Shown piece by piece: positions 25,178 through 32,000 of a DNA stretch of 32,000 bases (positions are counted from its first letter, which is position 1; each line of letters begins with the position of its first letter). Location: NCBI RefSeq assembly GCF_029504745.1, contig NZ_JAQFIQ010000006.1, forward strand, positions 1-32,000. Reading direction: 5' to 3'. Source of the DNA: Breznakia sp. PF5-3. GTDB lineage: Bacteria > Bacillota_I > Bacilli_A > Erysipelotrichales > Erysipelotrichaceae. Made by a program: the position numbers and the translations under genes. The notes beneath the pieces are model-generated. The model saw only the letters and a list, made by a program, of their open reading frames with translations. It did not search any database and was not told where the DNA came from.

Positions 25178-25289
25178 AAAACTCCTCCTTCCTCCTCCTT
25201 ACCTACTTATATTATAAGAAGAAATGAAGAAAAGATAAACAGAAATGCACAAATTGGTATTATCGGCTTTTCATTCGTACTTTTTGGTA

Positions 25290-25784
25290 TTATTTATTAT
25301 CATTAGTAAGATATGTTTTTAAACTGTCTAACCATATTTTATACAAATCACATTCTTTGATTATTCTATTTGCATTGCTTGTTGATGGCAAGCAAATACA
25401 AGATATTGATAAAGAAGAAAAATGACGTTGATATAATTCATAACTCTTTTTTCCATTACAAAAAATAGCCTTTATTGAAGGATGGATAGCAACAAAATCA
25501 GCAATTGGATTCACTGTCACATTTCGAATCTTAGAATCTAAGCTTCCTTCTCGCTCACAACTCTCTATAACATCCCATAATGCTATGCCATGCGCCTTCA
25601 AGCATTCTTCCTTATCTGTATAACTATTAAATTTACATCCTGTATAAGTTGTAATTATCTTCCAAAATCGATTATGTTTATATCCATAGTATTCTACATT
25701 TTTAAGTGATGTGACAGAAGGCATAGATCCTAAAATTAAAATTTTTGCTTCTGCACCAACAATCGGTGGAAAACCTTTAATCAT
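25290..25784 (-). CDS. uracil-DNA glycosylase superfamily protein, family-6-like (hypoxanthine/deoxyinosine DNA glycosylase)
   Basis: GFPPIVGAEAKILILGSMPS...NRFW pattern and ~165-aa size are typical of this family. Its ATG overlaps the rimO end by 8 nt. Confidence 0.75.
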   Translation of the reverse strand: MIKGFPPIVGAEAKILILGSMPSVTSLKNVEYYGYKHNRFWKIITTYTGCKFNSYTDKEECLKAHGIALWDVIESCEREGSLDSKIRNVTVNPIADFVAIHPSIKAIFCNGKKSYELYQRHFSSLSISCICLPSTSNANRIIKECDLYKIWLDSLKTYLTNDNK

Positions 25785-27078
25785 TTACTTTCTCACCAAT
25801 TAAGTCATAAGGCAAAGCATCCGTGATTTTTACCATTACAAAACTTCCTAATGGAATCACTGTATCACTTCTAAAAATAACCATTCCATCAACTTCATCA
25901 GGTGCATTCATCTTAGAACGCCCACGATACTTTCCACTAAGTCCATCCAAAGCTTCCACTAGCACCTCTATCTCTTTACCTATATATTTCTTATTATTTT
26001 CTAAAGCAATTTCTTTTTGTCGCTTCATAAGCTCATCCAAGCGTTTATCCATTACTTCTTGATCTACTTGCCCATCCATGTCATATGCTTTTGTATCTTC
26101 TTCTGGAGAATATGTAAAAGCCCCCATGCGGTCCCATCGTACAACCTCTAAAAAGGCTTTCAATTCCTCAAAGTCTGCTTCCTCTTCATGAGGAAAGCCT
26201 ACAATGAATGTCGTTCTTAATGTTGGATATTCAAAGGTTTGACGAATATAAGAAATTCTCTCTAAAATTTCCTCTTTCGTTCCCCTTCGATTCATAAGTT
26301 TTAATAAACGATTTGATGCATGTTGCATAGGAATATCAAAATATGGAATCACTTTATCCAACTTCTTCATACCATCAATCAATTCATAATCAATTTCATC
26401 AGGGTACATATATAAAATACGAATCCAGTGCAATCCTTCAACTTCATTTAATTTTTCAAGCAATGTTAACAAACTTCTCTTTCCATATATATCCATTCCA
26501 TATTTTGTTGTATCTTGGGCAATTAAAACCAATTCCTTAACTCCAGATGTTGCTAACTCTTTGGCTTGTTTAATCAGTTGTTCCATAGGATATGAAATAT
26601 TTCCACCACGAATTAAAGGGATTGCACAAAATGTACAACAATTGCTACAACCTTCAGCTATTTTCAAATATGCAGTATATGGTTTGCTAGATATTAATCG
26701 TTCACTCTTATTATAAGAAACTAGAGGATTCCCTAAATGATGTTCTAATATTTCATGTAAATGAGGATATTCTGCAATACTAATAATTACATCAATCTCA
26801 GGTATTTCATTTATCAATTCTTGCTTATATCTTTGTGCCAAACAACCTACAACAATCAATTTCTTCACATGTTGTTTCTTGTATTCTGCCATTTCCAATA
26901 TGGTATTGATAGCTTCTTCCTTAGCAGATGTTATAAAACCACATGTATTGATGATAATGGCTTCTGCCTTATTGGGATCATTCACAAGTTCATGTTTTCC
27001 ATGTACAAGCATTCCCATCATCGTTTCACTATCTACCAAATTTTTACTACACCCTAACGATATAAATCCAACTCGCAT
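25777..27078 (-). CDS. rimO: ribosomal protein S12 methylthiotransferase
   Basis: N-terminal MTTase domain (ISLGCSKNLVDSE...NTCGFI), radical-SAM CX3CX2C (CSNCCTFC), C-terminal TRAM domain. Confidence 0.9.
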   Translation of the reverse strand: MRVGFISLGCSKNLVDSETMMGMLVHGKHELVNDPNKAEAIIINTCGFITSAKEEAINTILEMAEYKKQHVKKLIVVGCLAQRYKQELINEIPEIDVIISIAEYPHLHEILEHHLGNPLVSYNKSERLISSKPYTAYLKIAEGCSNCCTFCAIPLIRGGNISYPMEQLIKQAKELATSGVKELVLIAQDTTKYGMDIYGKRSLLTLLEKLNEVEGLHWIRILYMYPDEIDYELIDGMKKLDKVIPYFDIPMQHASNRLLKLMNRRGTKEEILERISYIRQTFEYPTLRTTFIVGFPHEEEADFEELKAFLEVVRWDRMGAFTYSPEEDTKAYDMDGQVDQEVMDKRLDELMKRQKEIALENNKKYIGKEIEVLVEALDGLSGKYRGRSKMNAPDEVDGMVIFRSDTVIPLGSFVMVKITDALPYDLIGEKVND

Positions 27079-27103
27079 AATATTACCTCACTTCTTCTAC
27101 ATG

Positions 27104-27131
27104 ATTATACAACATTTCCTATTTCTTTCAA
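27104..27131 (-). promoter_or_regulatory. rimO promoter
   Basis: Minus strand TTGAAA-16 nt-TATAAT, about 25 nt upstream of the SD. Confidence 0.55.
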
Positions 27132-27140
27132 CCAACGAAA

Positions 27141-27166
27141 GAAAAAAGAATAGAGAACCTATTCTT
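27141..27166 (-). terminator. intrinsic terminator after the ABC operon
   Basis: AAGAATAG-(5 nt)-CTATTCTT followed by T6 on the minus strand. The stem includes the permease TAG stop. Confidence 0.75.
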
Positions 27167-28403
27167 TTGTACGCTTAAGCCATTTTAAAGCATGTAACAA
27201 TTTTATTTGATTTCCATACATCAAAGTACCACGACGGTAAATCTTTGAAGCTCCCATTCCAACAAGAACCGTTGAAACAATCAAAATTCCAAAAGATATC
27301 AATACCTCAAAAATTGGTACATCAACCATCGCCATCCTTGCAAACATTGCCATTGGTGAACTTAATGGAATAAAAGATGCAATTTTAAAAATTGTATTCG
27401 TTGGATCCATTACCCCTAAATACACAACAAGATAAATAGCAACAAAAACTACCGTAATTGGTGTTGCACTACTATTAACATCTTCACTTTTTGAAACCAA
27501 GGCTCCTAATGCACCAAAGATAAATGCATAAAATAAGAAACCAAAAATTCCAAAGACTGCAAATGCTACCAATACTGATGTCGGTATATTAAACATCGCA
27601 TCTAACATTCCATTCCATGCGGAAGCATTGAGTGAATATGCCAGAAATGTACTACCTACAAACATCCCCACCTGAATAAAGGCTGCTAATGCAGTTGCTA
27701 ACACTTTCCCAAAAATCAAAGCATTCGTACTCGCGCTTGTTACAAGAAGCTCCATTGTACGATTTCCTTTTTCACTAGCAACAGTGGTTGCAATCACATT
27801 TCCATACATAACTGTAATCATATATATAATTAATATCATCACAATTGTATAAAAGAAATTATTCGCACCATCACTACCTAAAATCTCCGTTTTCCCGATG
27901 CTTGTATTCTTATAATATATATCCATTACTTTATTTGCATCAAGCCCAGCTTCATCAAATGCATGATTTCGTTTCACTTGAGAAATCGCCTCTGAAAAAA
28001 TTGTATTCGTCACATCCGTCATACTTGAATCATATACATAATACGTAAAAGAATAGTTTTCTTTTACATAAAATCCACCATCGGCTTTTTCATCAGATAC
28101 ACTTTTTTTCAAAGCATCCAAAGAATCAGCTGTTTTAAATTTAGCGTTTGGAAAATACATTTTAAGTGTTTCTCCCTCATCATCTAAAACACCATCAGGA
28201 TCATATACGATATAATCAACTTTACTTGTTAACTGCTCTACAAGCGTATCCTTCGCATCACTTGTTTCTATTTCCCCAAAAAAGCTAGGGATTGATAACC
28301 CAATTACTGCAATCAACACAAATATCGTAGTTGTTACAATATATGTTTTTGTCTTTACTAAACCCAAAAACTCAAACTTAAAAATGGTTAAAAACTGTTT
28401 CAT
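27159..28403 (-). CDS. ABC-2 type transporter permease (NatB-like)
   Basis: N-terminal TM, ~150-aa extracytoplasmic loop, then five C-terminal TMs. ATGA overlap with the ATPase gene. Confidence 0.85.
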   Translation of the reverse strand: MKQFLTIFKFEFLGLVKTKTYIVTTTIFVLIAVIGLSIPSFFGEIETSDAKDTLVEQLTSKVDYIVYDPDGVLDDEGETLKMYFPNAKFKTADSLDALKKSVSDEKADGGFYVKENYSFTYYVYDSSMTDVTNTIFSEAISQVKRNHAFDEAGLDANKVMDIYYKNTSIGKTEILGSDGANNFFYTIVMILIIYMITVMYGNVIATTVASEKGNRTMELLVTSASTNALIFGKVLATALAAFIQVGMFVGSTFLAYSLNASAWNGMLDAMFNIPTSVLVAFAVFGIFGFLFYAFIFGALGALVSKSEDVNSSATPITVVFVAIYLVVYLGVMDPTNTIFKIASFIPLSSPMAMFARMAMVDVPIFEVLISFGILIVSTVLVGMGASKIYRRGTLMYGNQIKLLHALKWLKRTKE

Positions 28404-29317
28404 TGTTCATCACCCGTCTTCCATACAAAAATATCTGTAAGCGTAGGTTTATAATCACCAAACAACTCAATATCAACAGATATAGAATTCAGTTTTTCAA
28501 GAAAATCTTTTTTACTGTATCCATTTAATAATTGAAGGATTAAAAAATCTTTCTTCTTCCCCTCTATAGCCACTTCTTTTGAAAGTCTATCTATACACAA
28601 TGTTTCCAACTCTTGTAAAGTGTAATTGTTAGCATTTAAAATAATTTTCTTTTCACCCAAATCCTTTTGAATTGCATCAAGATTTCCCTTTAACACAATT
28701 TCTCCACGATTAACAATTACAATATCTTCACAAAACTCTTCTACATAACTCATTTGATGACTAGAAAAAATAACAAGTTTTCCTTTTTTTATTTGCTCAT
28801 CAATTAAATTTTTTAAAATCTGTGAATTTACTGGGTCTAACCCACTAAATGGTTCATCTAAAATAACAATATCTGGATTACAAATCAACGTTTGTGCCAA
28901 TTGTACTTTTTGCTGATTCCCTTTTGATAAAGTTTCAAGTTTTCGATTTGTATATTCTTCAATCTCTAATTTCTTCATTAATTCTTTTGCATTCGTTTTT
29001 GCTTCTTGCGCAGATATACCACGCAATTCACCAAAATAAATCAATTGCTGTAACACTTTCTTTTTAGGATACATTCCCCGTTCTTCAGGCATATATCCAA
29101 TTTTATAATCTTTTGCTACAAATGGTTTACCATCGATTAACACTTCTCCCGATGTCGCTTTAAACACATCCATCAAAATCCTAATCGTTGTTGTCTTACC
29201 TGCACCATTTCTTCCCAAAAGACCAAGTGCTTTCCCCGCTTCAGCATCAAAAGAAATTCCATGTAACACTTCGGTTCCATCAAATTTTTTTCGAATTCCT
29301 TTTACTTCAAGTTTCAT
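28400..29317 (-). CDS. ABC transporter ATP-binding protein (NatA-like)
   Basis: Walker A GRNGAGKTT, signature LSKGNQQK, Walker B IVILDEP, extra C-terminal domain. GGGAGG SD. Confidence 0.93.
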   Translation of the reverse strand: MKLEVKGIRKKFDGTEVLHGISFDAEAGKALGLLGRNGAGKTTTIRILMDVFKATSGEVLIDGKPFVAKDYKIGYMPEERGMYPKKKVLQQLIYFGELRGISAQEAKTNAKELMKKLEIEEYTNRKLETLSKGNQQKVQLAQTLICNPDIVILDEPFSGLDPVNSQILKNLIDEQIKKGKLVIFSSHQMSYVEEFCEDIVIVNRGEIVLKGNLDAIQKDLGEKKIILNANNYTLQELETLCIDRLSKEVAIEGKKKDFLILQLLNGYSKKDFLEKLNSISVDIELFGDYKPTLTDIFVWKTGDEQ

Positions 29318-29342
29318 AGTTTCCTCCCAACATTGTAACGAT

Positions 29343-29351
29343 ATAATATCA
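29343..29351 (-). promoter_or_regulatory. candidate extended -10 element of the ABC operon promoter
   Basis: Minus strand TGATATTAT (TGnTATTAT) about 25 nt upstream of the SD. The -35 is weak. Confidence 0.4.
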
Positions 29352-29655
29352 CATTGAAAATGTATTTCCTACTATATTTTTAATATCAAAATTTTTTGAC
29401 ATAATAATAAAACAGTTACATTTCCGTTGCCTATATCAGTATTAAGACTATTATTTTCTTCAATAGGTTCCATTTTATAGTATTATCCGTTTTTGAGGAA
29501 AGAATAAAAAAACATTGTTTATTTTGAATCGTTATATCCAAAATATGAACAATGTGATTACAAACCCAACAAATAAAGAGTTTTTTCATTTGTATAAATA
29601 GGACATTTAATAGTATTCTAACTTCTTTTCATTACGTTTAATCAACATACCGATT

Positions 29656-30588
29656 TTACTGTTGATTAAAATAGTCTAATAATAAAATTCTATTTAATGT
29701 AATTTCTTTTCCATCTAGATAAGAAAAGTAATCATTATTTGAAGAATGAAATACTAATTTATATGCACACAATGCTTGGTATTGAAAATCTGTATGTGTA
29801 CTACCATATCGTAAATCCCCAAGCAAAGGAAACCCCATATGAGCAAACTGCGCACGAATTTGATGAGCTCTTCCACTAAACAACTCAATTTCCACTAAAC
29901 TAATATCCTGTTTTGTTTTTAAAACATGATATTTCGTTTTCATTTGCTTGTATCCTACTTCTTCAATATCGCGAATAATGATTTTTTGATTTTCCTTTTT
30001 ATGATAATGAATCCAAGTATCTGCGTTTTTATTTGGTATACCTTTTATAAGCGCAAGATAGAATTTATCAAGCCTTCTTTCCTTAATCAATAAATTTATA
30101 TTACGTAAACTTTCTGCGTTTTTTGCACCTATTACAAGTCCTTGTGTATTACGATCAATACGGTGTGCTAACGCAGGAGCAAAACTTTGTTCACTTTCAG
30201 GGTTATACTCTCCCTTTTCGTGTAAATATTTCTTCATTCGATTGATAAGTGTATCAATATCTTCATTTTGATCACTGTGCACAAGTAGGCCTACAGGTTT
30301 ATTCATAATTAAAATATTAGTATCTTCATAAATAACTTGAAGCTCACTTTTAGCTTTTAAAAAAGTCATATCTTTTTTTGTTTCAAAAAACTCTTCCGCA
30401 ATATAACATGAAAATATATCCCCATTACATAATTTTTGTTCTGGCTTACAACGTTTTCCATTTACTTTTATTTTTTTATTTCTAATATATTTATACATTA
30501 AACTTTTAGGCAATTTAGGTAGGGCTTTTTGAAGAAATTTATCAACTCTTTGATTTGCATCATTTTCATAAACATGAATCGTTTGCAT
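29656..30588 (-). CDS. RluA-family 23S rRNA pseudouridine synthase (S4 domain plus catalytic domain)
   Basis: Catalytic motif HRIDRNTQGL, N-terminal S4-like RNA-binding region, C-terminal GRAHQIRAQ. Confidence 0.92.
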   Translation of the reverse strand: MQTIHVYENDANQRVDKFLQKALPKLPKSLMYKYIRNKKIKVNGKRCKPEQKLCNGDIFSCYIAEEFFETKKDMTFLKAKSELQVIYEDTNILIMNKPVGLLVHSDQNEDIDTLINRMKKYLHEKGEYNPESEQSFAPALAHRIDRNTQGLVIGAKNAESLRNINLLIKERRLDKFYLALIKGIPNKNADTWIHYHKKENQKIIIRDIEEVGYKQMKTKYHVLKTKQDISLVEIELFSGRAHQIRAQFAHMGFPLLGDLRYGSTHTDFQYQALCAYKLVFHSSNNDYFSYLDGKEITLNRILLLDYFNQQ

Positions 30589-30592
30589 TTTT

Positions 30593-31096
30593 TTACCATA
30601 TAATCGCTACATACGCGATCCCTATAAGAATTCCTACCAATGACCCAAAAAATACATCTGTGAAATAATGTACTTTTAAATACATTCTTGATATTGCAAT
30701 TAAACTTGCAATAATAAACGCAATGAATCCAAAGTTAGGATAAAAATATCCAATCACAATCGCACAAGCAAATCCATTGGCACTATGGCCTGAAGGAAAC
30801 GAAGATCCATATGGATTATTAATATGAATCTTGATATCTGGATGGTCTTCAAAAGGCCGTTTTCTTCTAAAAATCGCTTTAATAAAACCATTATTTATAG
30901 CATTTACCAATAACATTACCACCACTAAAGCAACAACCAATTTACGCTCACCACGCAAAAAAGCAGTTATACAATAAGCCAACCATATAAAACAAAAATC
31001 CCCCATATGGGTACAGAAAATCATAAATTTTTCCAAAATAGGGTTCGTTAATTTATCATTAATATAATATAATATCGTATCGTCTATTCGATTCAT
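30593..31096 (-). CDS. PAP2-family phosphatase (BcrC/PgpB-like)
   Basis: KX6RP (KAIFRRKRP), PSGH, SRX5HX3D (SRMYLKVHYFTD). GGGAGG lies between the two candidate ATGs, so the start is placed at MNRIDD (31096). Confidence 0.88.
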   Translation of the reverse strand: MNRIDDTILYYINDKLTNPILEKFMIFCTHMGDFCFIWLAYCITAFLRGERKLVVALVVVMLLVNAINNGFIKAIFRRKRPFEDHPDIKIHINNPYGSSFPSGHSANGFACAIVIGYFYPNFGFIAFIIASLIAISRMYLKVHYFTDVFFGSLVGILIGIAYVAIIW

Positions 31097-31128
31097 CTCA
31101 TCACCTCCCATATTATATCTTATTAAAG

Positions 31129-31158
31129 AAAAAAAGGATAGTATTGATTTACTATACC
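31129..31158 (-). terminator. intrinsic terminator after the aminotransferase gene
   Basis: Minus strand GGTATAGTA-(6 nt)-TACTATCC followed by T7. The stem includes the TAG stop. Confidence 0.7.
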
Positions 31159-32000
31159 TCGTTCTCTATATATTGATATAATATTCTCCCCAAACGTGTT
31201 AAACCATCGACAATACGATCTTCTTGCATGTTGGAAAAATTTATTCGAAATGTATTTTCATTGCCACCATTTGGATAAAATGAACCACCTGGTACAAAGG
31301 CAATATTTTCCTTTAAACTTACTTTCAAAATTTCTCTAGCATCAATATATTCTGGCAATTCAACCCAAGCGAATAATCCGCCTTGTGGTCTTGTAAACTT
31401 AACTACCTTTGGAAATGATTTTTCCATTGTATGGACTGCTAAATCACGACGTTTTTTATAAACTTTACGTATCTTTTCAATATGTTTATCAATATCATAT
31501 TCTTCAAGATATTTAGCTATAGTAATCTGTGACATAGTATTACACTGCAAGTCGGAACCTTGTTTTACCAAAATGAATTGACGAATTAATTCTTTGTTTC
31601 CTGCTATCCAACCAATTCTATACCCAGGACAATATATTTTTGAAAAAGTACCAGTACACATAATATACCCTTTTTTATCAAAAGCGGATATAGAAGGTAA
31701 AAATTCTCCTTCAAAACGTAATTCACCATATGGATTATCTTCAATTACTGGAATTTCATATTGATTAGACAGTTCTGCTAATTTCTTTCTTCGCTCTAAG
31801 CTCCATGTTCTTCCAGAAGGATTTTGAAAATCTGGGATAACATAAATCAGCTTAACCTTTGTATTGCTTTTTAATATTTTCTCTAATTCATCCATATCCA
31901 TTCCATCATCATCACAACTAATCTCTTCAAATTTTGCCCCAAACATCTTAAATGCACTAATTGCGGCAAGATATGTAGGACTTTCACAAATCACAACATC
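31152..32000 (-). CDS. class I/II PLP-dependent aminotransferase, 5' end outside the window
   Basis: PDFQNPSG, NPYGELRF and the PLP-lysine context TFSKIYCPGYRIGW. The ORF is open to the window edge. Confidence 0.85.
   Translation of the reverse strand, partial: DVVICESPTYLAAISAFKMFGAKFEEISCDDDGMDMDELEKILKSNTKVKLIYVIPDFQNPSGRTWSLERRKKLAELSNQYEIPVIEDNPYGELRFEGEFLPSISAFDKKGYIMCTGTFSKIYCPGYRIGWIAGNKELIRQFILVKQGSDLQCNTMSQITIAKYLEEYDIDKHIEKIRKVYKKRRDLAVHTMEKSFPKVVKFTRPQGGLFAWVELPEYIDAREILKVSLKENIAFVPGGSFYPNGGNENTFRINFSNMQEDRIVDGLTRLGRILYQYIENEV

Noticed and set aside
25823-28048. Plus-strand ORFs (65-99 aa) inside rimO and the ABC permease
   Set aside because: They are antisense to genes with clear motifs and show no translation signals.
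29431-29589. 52-aa minus-strand ORF (MKKLFICWVCNHIV...) in the ABC upstream spacer
   Set aside because: It has no SD, an odd composition and no terminator or promoter context. It is kept only as part of the unexplained-spacer finding.
31113-31118. TATAAT between the aminotransferase terminator and the PAP2 gene as a PAP2 promoter
   Set aside because: It would place the transcription start inside or after the SD, and the -35 would fall in the terminator T-run. Read-through seems more likely.
1-32000. Search by eye for CRISPR repeats, IS inverted repeats, rRNA, or long tandem or dispersed repeats
   Set aside because: None seen. The only repeated coding material is the divergent paralog pair at 16460-18087.

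Overview
AT-rich (roughly 30% GC by eye) chromosomal segment of a low-GC Firmicute. The gene order (helical DUF protein-tig-lon-engB; radC-mreC-mreD with no mreB) hints at an Erysipelotrichia/Mollicutes-related lineage, but that is inference. There are about 34 protein genes, all but four on the minus strand, and most are housekeeping. They include ppdK (with a perfect cre site), valS behind a Val T-box, a flavodiiron protein, engB, lon and tig. An Ada-type alkylation-repair operon follows (adaA-alkA-two alkyltransferases-NUDIX). Further genes are a yfcE-like phosphoesterase, mreCD plus a ZnuA-fold lipoprotein lacking metal ligands, radC, an SRAP/yedK protein, a family-6 UDG, rimO, a NatAB-like ABC pair, an RluA-family pseudouridine synthase, a PAP2 phosphatase and a 5'-truncated aminotransferase. 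tRNA-Arg(UCU) and tRNA-Lys(CUU) are single genes with their own promoters and terminators. I see no CRISPR array, IS element, intact prophage or recognisable defence system. Accessory-looking DNA is confined to two small patches next to the tRNAs. The first (15.5-18.5 kb) holds a decayed tyrosine-recombinase gene, a lipoprotein, and two paralogous ~160-aa proteins of unknown family flanking an AAC(6')-like GNAT whose SD-proximal start codon reads ACG. It also holds an orphan promoter-hairpin-terminator unit. The second (24.1-25.3 kb) holds a lipoprotein and an untracked 55-aa membrane peptide with a triple Shine-Dalgarno. The paralog-GNAT-paralog module is my best candidate for something undescribed, but the support is only architecture plus my failure to recognise a family. 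Other checkable oddities are a poly-A frameshift in an S24-like peptidase gene, radC without a canonical start codon, and terminators that abut the next gene's RBS.
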